Part shown: in pieces, positions 29,055 to 40,400 of the stretch | Layout: the number at the start of each line of letters is the position of its first letter | Position numbering within the stretch: position 1 is the stretch's first letter | Assembly (NCBI GenBank): GCA_964016885.1 | Contig: OZ024744.1 | Location: forward strand, 70,432,001 to 70,496,000 | Direction: 5' to 3' | DNA from: Eledone cirrhosa | Taxonomy: Eukaryota | Length of the DNA: 64,000 bases | The notes under the pieces: generated by a model | Told to the model about the DNA's origin: nothing | The model's input: the letters and a program-made list of their open reading frames with translations, nothing else | Database searches by the model: none | Translations under genes and position numbers: made by a program

Positions 29055-29470
29055 TACATGTGTGAATGGGATGAGCGGTAGATCATTCAATTATATCATA
29101 TGTTGTGGAAAATATTTCCCCAATAAAGCCCAAATATTGCTGCCACCTACTTTCCAGTGTGTCCATGTGGGAGCCCCTACATGGACACACTGGAAGAGGA
29201 AGACCAAGGTTAACGTATGTTGATGCCCTAAGGACAGACACTGGTCTGTTGGAGACGCAGGACATGGCAGCGATAATGAGGGACAGAGACCGCTGGAGAG
29301 AACTCGTCCATGGATCTCGGGAATTTTACCCGCCCTAGATAGATAGATATTATGAGTTATTGGGTGATTTTAAAAGTAGGTGGCAGCAATATTTGGGCTT
29401 TATTGGTGAAATATTTTCCACAACATATGATATAATTGAATGATCTACCGCTCATCCCATACACACATGT
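29055..29470. mobile_element. ~95-bp inverted-repeat element containing a LINE 3' fragment (29152-29348, +)
   Basis: Arms about 29055-29151 and 29373-29470; insert encodes WEPLHGHTGRGRPRLTYVDALRTDTG..DRDRWRELV and ends in (AGAT)n. Confidence 0.8.
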
Positions 29471-29960
29471 ATATATGTTACATACATATATGTGTGTGTA
29501 AGTATATATACATATATACAGAATTATGGTAGTTTTAAACTAGTAAGACCCATTATTCAACAGAATACTCGATACTTGAGATAGTAGAGTGTAAATAGTT
29601 GGGGTCCGACGGCTGAGCTCTTGGCGTTTCGACAGCAAATAGTTACATATATATATATATATTTATATATATATATATATGGAGTGAGTATGTGTGTGTA
29701 TCCATAGCACATTTATATATACACACACACACATGCACATGCACACACAGATATTTACACATACGATTTCGTCCATGTACACGCACACTGTATAACATAT
29801 AGTCAGCAACTTCAAACGAGACATCAAAAAGATTTTGAGAATGTGTTCACATTCTCTGAAGGACAAAACCTAGTGTTCTTTAAAACATATTGCAGCGAAA
29901 GATTGTGAACTGATTTCATGTATAATTACATATATGCTATGTTATGTATGTATATGAGTG

Positions 29961-30086
<126 letters not shown>

Positions 30087-30394
30087 GTGTATGCGTGTAT
30101 GTATGTATATATGTATATATGTATGTAAGTGTGTATGTATGTGTATGCGCGTGCATGTACTCATGTATGTATATATATATACATATTTATATGTGTGTGT
30201 TTATATATATATACAAATATACTCATACACACACACACACACACTCACACATTTATATATATACATATGTGTGTGTATTTATGTATGTAAGCACATTTTA
30301 TTTTTCTTAAATTCTGTACTGTTAGAGTTGACATGAATTTACCGTATACTTCAGCTCTTTAGTACAAAAAGATATATATATATCTCACCATAAC

Positions 30395-30487
<93 letters not shown>

Positions 30488-30488
<1 letters not shown>

Positions 30489-30635
30489 AATATCCGTTTG
30501 TGGTTGACGGCTGAGAGTACTCAATACCGAAGTAGAGTTTTAATGTTGTTTTTATTAAGGCTAAATAGTGAGTGTCTTGTTACTCTGGAGTTTCGCCTGA
30601 TTAACAAGACTCACTATTTAGTCTTAATAAAAGTG
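30488..30635 (-). mobile_element. Fold-back half-hammerhead element (family F)
   Basis: Arms 30550-30582 and 30601-30631; minus strand GAAA-CTC-ca-GAG-TA; relative at 33541-33625. Confidence 0.7.
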
Positions 30636-30640
30636 AATAA

Positions 30641-30725
<85 letters not shown>

Positions 30726-30860
30726 TACATATATATATATATATAAAATAAATATATATAACTAACAAACTGATAGAAGTCATGTCTGAGAAAACCACAG
30801 GCTTGCGCCATACCACCTGTTGACAAAGCTCTCAAAGATTCTAATGAATAGATGAGTATT

Positions 30861-30908
<48 letters not shown>

Positions 30909-30940
30909 GTGTGCGTGTGTGTGTGTGCGTGTGTGTGGCT

Positions 30941-31045
30941 ATGTGAGGCTCGGATTAAATCAGTGGTAAATAAGGTACTCAATACATGATGATTTCCTTC
31001 GAATGAAACAGTTATAGTCATGTAGAAGCCATTTCTATATTAAAT
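30941..31045 (+). mobile_element. Family D-related insert with hammerhead core
   Basis: TGATGA-tTTC-cttc-GAAt-GAAACAGTTATAGTCATGTAGAA at 30987-31027, preceded by an inverted tail with GTACTCAATAC. Confidence 0.65.
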
Positions 31046-31056
31046 TATATATATAC

Positions 31057-31139
<83 letters not shown>

Positions 31140-31162
31140 TTGTTGGTTTATAATATATATAT

Positions 31163-31194
<32 letters not shown>

Positions 31195-31195
<1 letters not shown>

Positions 31196-31395
31196 TAAAA
31201 TAACAGTTTAAAGTTTAAGCAAAGAATCACTGCTTTCACCCTTAACGGGATCTTCTGAAACTAAAAACACCGATTCTTTGCTTAAACTTTAATCTGATAT
31301 TTTAATAAATATTTGCTCAACGGTTCTTATACATTTGATATATATTTATCCTTATCGAGCCCTCTTTGGATTTTAGTCTTCAAATTTATTATTAT

Positions 31396-31400
<5 letters not shown>
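31195..31400. mobile_element. Fold-back element, family E, with CAGAAGA-core hammerhead-like motif (31212-31262, -)
   Basis: Same sequence at 35224-35295 and 58584-58750. Confidence 0.75.
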
Positions 31401-31440
<40 letters not shown>

Positions 31441-31442
<2 letters not shown>

Positions 31443-31621
31443 ACGAATGAATTGTGGTAAGAAACCAGATGGACCATAACGCACCAGAGTAGTCTATACT
31501 TAGGGTAATAGAGTGGGTAATAGGAAAAAGTTTAACCCCGACGGCAGAGCTCAAGCCGTTTCGACGGCTATTTCTGGCCTCCAGAAACGGTTTGAGCTCT
31601 GCCGTTGGGGTTAAACTTTTT

Positions 31622-31660
<39 letters not shown>

Positions 31661-31758
31661 AAGGAATTGTGGTAAGGAACCAGATGGACCATAACGCACC
31701 AGAGTACTCAATACTTAGGGTAGTAGAGTGGGAAATAGGAAAAAAAGTATGACCCCAA
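31441..31758 (-). mobile_element. Two family B copies (31441-31625, 31655-31758)
   Basis: Conserved tail GTGGTAAG(A/G)AACCAGATGGACCATAACGCACCAGAGTA; the first copy has a fold-back arm. Confidence 0.85.
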
Positions 31759-31938
31759 CGGGGTTGATTTAATCGACTTTCGCCTTCCAGCAAAATTGTT
31801 GGCCTTGTTCCTAAATCGGAAGCCATTATTAAACACATTAGTTTGGTTGCCAAACTAAATCAATAATTCAAATTTCACTTCAAATATGTTTGTGCGTGTG
31901 CATGCGTCTGCGCGCGTGTGTGTGTGTGTGTGTGTGTG

Positions 31939-32078
<140 letters not shown>

Positions 32079-32277
32079 ATGTAATAGACAACATAAGATA
32101 ATTATTTGATTTACCAGTGGTTTCTTGAAAGCAGATGTTGTATCTGTTTTCAGTCGTCAGAATGAATAAAAAACATGCCGTTTTTTATTAAATATGGATT
32201 TGAAAATAAGCTCTGTAGCCTACACAGAGCACTCTTTTTTCCTGTACCTTTCCGACGGAATTACTTCATTTATACAT

Positions 32278-32324
<47 letters not shown>

Positions 32325-32327
<3 letters not shown>

Positions 32328-32525
32328 CGAAACGAAGGAAGTGTGGTAATGAACCCGGTGGACCATTACTTACCAGAGTACTCGATACTATGGGTAGTAG
32401 AGTGGGTAATAGGAAAAGAGTCAGGACCCCGACGGCTGAGCTCCGGCCGTTTCGACAGCTATTTCTGAACTCAGAAATAGCTGTCGAAACGGCCAGAGCT
32501 CAGCCGTCGGGGTCCTGACTCTTTT

Positions 32526-32528
<3 letters not shown>
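32325..32528 (-). mobile_element. Family B fold-back element
   Basis: ~58-bp near-perfect arms around apex AACT (~32467). Confidence 0.88.
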
Positions 32529-32564
<36 letters not shown>

Positions 32565-32596
32565 ATCTATCTATCTATCTTCCTATATTCATACAT

Positions 32597-32805
32597 ACAT
32601 GATGGCTGCCCCCTCGTTATCGAGTATGGCCACGATATAACATTGCACGATATAACATTTTTAATAATTATCAATTAATGCTATGGTCCAATTCCTGAGC
32701 GTGAAGATATTTTTTAAAGTGAGGAAAGACTGTGCACTGAGCCAATCCCACTCTCTGAGCGACAGTAGCTATAACCCGAAAAGAAGAAAAGATCTACATT
32801 AATGG
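32597..32805 (-). mobile_element. Family A 3' part
   Basis: Reverse complement of 18480-18670 and 23135-23308. Confidence 0.8.
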
Positions 32806-33104
32806 CGGTAACCCAGCTTAGCCTCAGCCAGTTGGTTGGAACATGTAATAGAGTAATAGAAAATGTGCATACATACATCAATCATACATTCGTACATACG
32901 TATATAAATGCATACATACATATGCAGATACACACACAATATACGCACTCACACACACGCATGCACACACCACACAACGATTTATACATGTATACACACA
33001 GCAGAAGCTTCGTATAAGAACATGTAATTGATTGCATTTTCTTCGTGACAAATTATCTCAGCTTACCAACACAGCTGGTGACTACGTGCATGTGTGAAGT
33101 GTGT

Positions 33105-33216
<112 letters not shown>

Positions 33217-33278
33217 ACATGCTCAAATAAGATAGATTGATAGATATGTATGTGTGTGTATATATATATATATATGTA

Positions 33279-33472
33279 TAATATAGATGAGATTCTACAG
33301 GACTAGAACTGTTTCATTCTTTAGAAATCATCAGAGATTCCTGATGATTTCTAAAGAATAAAACAGTTCTAGTCCTGTAGAATCTCATCTATATTAAAAC
33401 TTCTATACTCTGCTATGTATTGAGTACCTTACTTACTGTGGTTACCTCCGATTCAACCCGGAATAACTTACC
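33279..33472 (+). mobile_element. Fold-back element, family D, with complete type I hammerhead topology (33334-33386)
   Basis: GAGATTC-CTGATGA-tTTC-taaa-GAAt-AAAA-CAG-ttctagtc-CTG-TA-GAATCTC; G12 is mutated on the + arm but intact (GAAA) on the mirror arm. Confidence 0.8.
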
Positions 33473-33621
33473 TATATATATATGTGTGTGTGTATATATA
33501 TATGAGTGTGTATGTGTGTGTGTGGGGGGGGGGGGAGAAAGGAGTACTCAATACCGATGTAACTTTTATTACTCTAGAGGCGAAGCTCCAGAGTAATAAG
33601 ATACACTTTTTAGCCTTAATA

Positions 33622-33775
33622 ATAATTGTTTCTACACTTGACACAAGGCAAGTAATTTGGGTGACGGGAAAGTCGATTAAATCGACCACAATGCATTACT
33701 GGTACTTTATTTTATCGACCCCGTAAGGATGAAAGGCAAAGTTAACCTCGGTGGGATTTGAACTCAGAACGTAAC
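33622..33775 (-). mobile_element. tRNA-SINE copy
   Basis: Matches the SINE consensus. Confidence 0.85.
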
Positions 33776-34064
33776 TCTATTGTATACCTATCAATATACA
33801 GTATGTTTATGAATAAACATTTTGAAAGCCTTCAGCTATGAATTTTGGAAACTAATGACGTAGCGCCATCTAGCAAATTCCAGCAGAAGTAAGGATGGGT
33901 AACTGTTGACGAACTTCGTTTCTGACTCTGGTCAATACTCCCTTACCCTGCTCTCTTCTGGAACTCAATATATGCGAAAACATGTACTTTTGATACCTTT
34001 ACATATGGGCTGATTAACCTCATTTGCATATAAAGCTGTCGGTCGGAGCCTGATTGATATTAGG

Positions 34065-34810
34065 GGTGCATATACAAGCAGATATGATATGTTTGTGTAC
34101 AATAAACATACAAGAATCTCGTTATGAATGTTTTAAGTTATGATCGTGTCACAGCTCTCTCAGTAGCCAGTGAGAATGTCAGACATGTGTTTCTAGATTT
34201 TTATCCGTCTTCGGCGACATTTACATACACGGTACTACGATAAAGATCAGCTAAAAGCATATGTGCTTTTAGCATAAGAAACATCAGCTGGAGATGCTCA
34301 TTTTCATATAGTGTGAACTTGATAGGCTAGGATTAATTAACAGTTGCACTGACATAGCGTAATTTTTAATAGAGGTGTATATAAATGTATATAGTGTATG
34401 TTTATGTATAGTAAACAGACAAACGTCTTGCTGTGAATGTTTTTAGTTGTTATCAAGTCACAATTAATTAATCCTAGCTAATCAAGTTCGCAATATGGGT
34501 GTATATGCAAGCATATACGATATGTTTATGTTTTCGTTTTGAATGCTTTAAGTCGTGATCATATCACTGCTAATTCATCGCCATATGACCGTATGTAAAT
34601 GATCATCTCCAGCCGTTGTTTCATACATAAAAAAAAACATATAAGCTTTTAACTTATCCTTGTCTTAGTAGCGAGTTATTAAATGTCACCGATGACGGAT
34701 AAAAATCCAGAATCATGTGTTTGGCATTCTCACCAGCTCCTGAGATTGTTATGGCACGATCACAACTTAAAATATTCATAGCTAGACTCTTGTATGTTTA
34801 TCGCACATAC
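34065..34810. repeat. Old ~250-bp imperfect inverted repeat with internal subrepeats
   Basis: GATTTTTATCCGTC/GACGGATAAAAATC and CTAGGATTAATTAA/TTAATTAATCCTAG among the matching blocks. Confidence 0.75.
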
Positions 34811-34909
34811 CTTCATAGGTTGAAAATCTGCAAAGTGAAACGTGCGTTCTCGAAAATGGTTTATTAACTTTTCTGGAGCTAACCTATATATATATATAAA
34901 TAAGAATAT

Positions 34910-35110
34910 GAAAAGAGTCAGGACCCCGATGACTGAGCTCTGGCCGCTTCGACAGCTAGATCCAAACAGTTCGGATCTAGCGGTCGAAACGGCCGGAGCT
35001 CAGCCGTCGGGGTCCTGACTCTTTTCCTATTACCCACTCTACTACCCCAAGTATTGAGTACTCTGGTGCGTTATGGTCCACCTGGTATCTAACCACACCC
35101 TCTTTGCTTT
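34910..35110 (+). mobile_element. Family B fold-back element
   Basis: Arms around apex GCTAGATCC-aaacagttc-GGATCTAGC, plus the conserved tail. Confidence 0.85.
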
Positions 35111-35117
35111 TTATATG

Positions 35118-35182
<65 letters not shown>

Positions 35183-35294
35183 TAATAATATTTACTTCTG
35201 CGTCCATAAATTGATTTCTTTTCAGTTTCAGAAGAACCCGTTAAGGGTGAAAGCACCGATTCTTTGCTTAAACTTTAATCTGTTATTATAATAA

Positions 35295-35486
<192 letters not shown>

Positions 35487-35554
35487 GGAAATATATCTAT
35501 CTAGCAACCTATCTGCCTAATGAACTATTTATTTATCTAGTTTTATCTCTATAT

Positions 35555-35810
35555 ACAATGTTAAACAAAGAAAGACTAATTAATCCATTGTTCTACGATC
35601 GTTTAGGATAGCAAAATTATCAATAAGCAGGCAAATCGATGGCAGTTACCTCGAAAAAGCGCATCAAATCTGCTATATATCCTCAATGTATGTGCTCTTT
35701 CGAGTCTAATGGTGTGGAGTTGCATAACAACCATCGATAGTCTTGTTCTCTAAACGATCGTAAAACAGTGGATTAACTACTTCACTGTGTCTTATTCATT
35801 GTTGAACATT
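35555..35810. repeat. MITE-like imperfect inverted repeat just upstream of the Pax exon
   Basis: TTAATCCATTGTTCTACGATCGTTTAG / CTAAACGATCGTAAAACAGTGGATTAA. Confidence 0.65.
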
Positions 35811-36142
35811 ATATATTTGTCTGTCATATTGAATACTCAACAACATATATGGGGATATTTTCTTTCCACAAAATCAAATTTCACTTTGTTTCGATGTGGT
35901 ATTCAAATCTTCCTAACTTGATTAGGTAGAATACTAATGAATATTTTTTATCTGGGTATATACTAATCAATTCATCCATCAATTTCTTTGTCAATCTACG
36001 TATCTATCTATTTATATATATATATCTGTTCGTTGATGTAACTATTACTGTAACAACATCATTAACAAACAATTGATTATCCTTTATTAACTATCCATCT
36101 AATATTTTTTTCTCTCTTTCTTCCTCTCTTTCTTCCATACAG

Positions 36143-36993
36143 ATCAGACATTTGGAGAAGTTAACCAACTCGGAGGAGTGTTCGTTAACGGCAGGCCCCT
36201 ACCAAATGCAATCAGAATGCGAATTGTAGAGCTAGCACAGCTGGGAGTCAGACCATGCGACATAAGTCGACAACTGCGAGTCTCACACGGATGTGTGAGT
36301 AAAATACTCGCTCGATATAACGAAACGGGATCAATATTACCAGGAGCTATTGGTGGAAGTAAACCAAGAGTAACAACACCTAATGTCGTCCGACATATCA
36401 AAATTTACAAGGAAAAAGATCCAGGGATATTCGCCTGGGAGATCCGAGATAAACTCCTAGCAGATGGAATTTGTGATAAATTCAGCGTCCCGTCAGTGAG
36501 TTCTATCAGTAGAATTCTTAGAAACAAAATTGGAAGTAACAGCAGTAATAATATTAATAATAGTAATAATAACAGCACTTCTGTCCATTCACCTAATCCG
36601 CAATTTGAGCATAAAAGTGTAGCCCCTTCTACGCCGGCTACTGCTCTATATAATCATCAATTTTATCCCTACACATGCCCAGGCGGTCAAGGAATTTCTA
36701 CAATTCCTGGGGTTCCAGCGCCTCAAATTTCTTCACAGGCTGCGACCCATCATAACCATATGAATGTTAATATTAAGCAGAATTCTATGTCGTCTGTTAC
36801 CCCTTGCATGATGAGAGCTTGGCCCTCTTCTCATTCTGTGAGTGATATTTTAGGGATAGGTGTACGTCAACCTTTATCAATGGCCCAAACAGGTCCTTCT
36901 GCGCATATGGAGACGGCCCTTGGACAAAATTATAATTATTATGGAGTAAATATAAAAGCCACGGCGGTGTCACCAATGTTTCTACAAAGTTGA
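36143..36993 (+). CDS. Pax9: Pax1/9 paired-box transcription factor, main coding exon (start codon lies in an upstream exon)
   Basis: Polypyrimidine tract plus CAG acceptor at 36140-36142, phase 1; reads [74 protein letters not shown]...SISRILRNK; octapeptide [12 protein letters not shown]; no homeodomain; TGA at 36991-36993. Subfamily Pax1/9 (single invertebrate co-ortholog). Confidence 0.96.
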
Positions 36994-37053
36994 ATTAAAA
37001 TTTCTATCCTCAAACATTTTACACATATATATATATATATATATACATATATA

Positions 37054-37099
<46 letters not shown>

Positions 37100-37168
37100 T
37101 AGATATATATACATAAATATATGTAGATATATATATATGTATGTATATATATAAACATATAAATGTAC

Positions 37169-37254
<86 letters not shown>

Positions 37255-37499
37255 TAATTGTTTATTATTCTACCCTAAAAATGATCTTTTAAAAGTTTTG
37301 AAAGAATACAACATTTCGCAAATGTATTTTTATAAAGCTGATCAGAAAAATCTCTCGTTTCAACACATTTTAACTGTATGTTCTTTACGCAAGAGGCATC
37401 CCTAGAAAATATAACCAATGCCATTATTGAAATGTTACTAAAATCGCTCTTGATTTTTAAAAAAACAGATAAGTTTCTTCCTTCAACTATCTCTGAAAA

Positions 37500-40400
37500 A
37501 ACTCACCTTTAAAAACTACTATAATAAAGAATTGGCTTTCAGAAAAAATGAAAAGCTGTTATCATGAAAACAACAAAAAACTGCTGAACTTGCGTTTTTG
37601 GTTTTTTTAATCTTAATCGATATTCAAAAGCAGAAATGTTTCCCTAATAAACAGAAAACTGGCATAATTTTGGTTAAAATTTCAGGTGAAAAATCTGCCG
37701 TAATGTGAGGATATCCATTATTTTTTACGCCCAATAAAACAATTAAAAAAAATGAAAAATCCTACGTTAAAACTTTGGGATATAGTTCAACCTATTTAAA
37801 AGTCTGCGAAGACATAAAAAAAAATCGAATGTTTTACACAGCGTGTGTAATACATAAATATTTTCACAAAACTGGATTTAAAATTTTGTGTCAAAAGTTT
37901 TTATGGAAAGAAAGATTGTTAAAATATCAGAAATATTCGGTGTGTTTCAGCATCATATTTTTTAAAAACTGTCCTGAAGAGCATTGCATCAAAAATATTA
38001 AAAGTTTGAAATTACGAGGAAAAAGTTTTTAAATTTGGAAATACTGTGCCAGCAATTTTTTAAATATATACAAAATGAATTGTTTAACCTAAGTGACAGC
38101 AATTTTAATAAATCGTGTATATCCGGCGATTCTCGTCAATATATTTTTTATAAAACTAATCTGAACAGTAATTTTAAATATGTATTTATATGTTTTTAAA
38201 ATTACACGTAAAAGATTAAAAGGATTGAAAATATCCCCGCAATTTTCAATACTCCGCGAGAAAAATTTTTAATAAATCGCCGATAACCGGTGATTTTTGC
38301 CAATGAATTTTAACAAAACTGATTTGAAAAACAATTTTATGATATGTTCAGAATTTTTAGAAATTGCGGGGAGAAATTTTAAAATTCAAAAATATGACCA
38401 GCATTTTCAAACCTTTGTGAAATCAATTTCTTTCTTAAAAGCCCTGAAATATTCAAAAAGAACTGTCTTGAAGAATATAGTTAAAAAAAATGTTATTTAA
38501 AACAACGTAAGGACTGTTTTTTTTTTTAAGAAAACCGAAATTTTCCAGATAAATACAAAAAAAAGAAAATGTATAAAAGAGAAAGAGTTCGCATTTTAAA
38601 ACTCCCTCCTCACTCCAAAAAAATATTGCTATGAGGCGAGCCTGTCTTTCAGCACATTTATGAAATCCGTCCATAAGTGTCAACATTTAAAATATATATA
38701 TTCCAGAATTTGTATTTAAATCTATGCGATTTTATGATTTAAAAAACGTTTCCCGAAAAAAAAGAAAACTGTTATAAAATGTTGGCCTGTTATTTGATTT
38801 ATAAAAGATGCTTTAATCCTCTTTTTATATCATAGTTGATTTTAAAATTAGAAAATTTTCCATCTAACAGATTTTATAATGCAGACTTGGTTTTCAGGGG
38901 GCGGGGGTGGATTAATCGCAATAGATGGAAAAGCAAATGACAACGGAATTCACAGAAAATGATAACCAACAGTGCAGGCTTGTCCTGTTTGTTTGTATCA
39001 TTTTCTTTAAAATCATAAGTGACTTTGAAAAAAAGAAACGTTGTCCCGAAAATGGACCCCCCCCCCCATAAAACTGCGATAATTCAAGCTTGACTATAAT
39101 GTTTTGTTTTTTTTTATTTGCATTATAATTGATTTAAGAAACAAAAAAGTTCACAAAATAAAATGCTATAATATAGGTTTGGTTTCCAGAGCAAAACGAT
39201 CAAATATATATAAAAGTTGATATAATGCAAGTTTGATTTCTAAAGGAAGAAAACAGAAAAAACTTAAATTGCAGGTTAGTCTTCCAGCATATTCTTTAAA
39301 TCCGTCGACATCTTTTTCCCAAGCATGGCTTTTCGTTAATTAACACAACACAAAGAGGACTGGTCATCGTAGAAATGTTTAAAGAATCCAACATCAACAA
39401 TTGTTAAAATATAATTCAGAATTATATTATTTTTTTTTTAAGCTGTGCGCTTAAAAAATGTTTCTAATTGCAATTTATAATTTAAAAAATGTCAGTGAAA
39501 AGGAGATCTCTCCTGTAAAAAAATTGTTATAATGCGGAATTAGCATTAAAAGAAAAAACAATTTGCTAAAATGCGGTTCTGTTTTTAATAAAAGAAAAAC
39601 AAAACAAAAAAAACAGAAAAATCTCCCCAGAGCAGAGAACCAATAAAAACAATTGCTACAATGTGTCATTCAGCCCATTCTTGGAATCTGCCCACAAATG
39701 TTTTCATTTCTCTGGTGGACATAATACTTGATCAAAACAGTTCAGTCGTGGAAGAAGAGAAGAACTTATTGTCAAAGACTTGTTAAACATAATTCAACTT
39801 TTTAAATTGCGAAAAAAATCATGATTTATAAACAGAAACGTTTACACGAAAAGAATAAACAGAAAATGCTATAATGCAAGCTTGTACATGTTTTCAAAAC
39901 GTAAGTGATTTTTAAAAAAAAAGAATTTCACAAAAGCATGAAAAGCTACTATAAAGCTAGCTTCTCCTTTTTCTTCAAAAATTCATAATTCATTTCTCAA
40001 AGTACAAAGGTCTCCTCTAAAAATAAGGCGCCTCAAAACTGCTAAAATTCATTATTCATTTTATAAAATAAAGGTTCTCACTAAACAAACTGCTTTAATC
40101 CGAGTTTGTCAATTTAAAAAAAAAGATGTTTTCTAAGGATCGTAAATCATTCAAATACAGAAACACATCCCCAAACTCCTATAGTGCAGGCTTTGCTTTC
40201 AGGAAAAACAGAAACAACTGCTATGATACGAGCTTGTCGTTTTATTTAATAGCAATTTGGTTTAGAAAAGCAGAAAATACGGGCTTGTCCATTTTTAAAA
40301 AAATCAAAACCGAAACATTTTCCAAATAAACTGCTATATTGCAGGCTTGTCTTTCAGCACATTCTTGAAATCCGTCCACAACAGTTGTTATACAGGCCTG

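Noticed and set aside
36178-36180. GTG start assigned to the Pax ORF
   Set aside because: The paired domain begins upstream ([11 protein letters not shown]) and a strong splice acceptor lies at 36141-36142.
36144-36401. Antisense ORF over the paired box, and similar shadow ORFs over the LINEs
   Set aside because: Shadow frames of the real coding strand.
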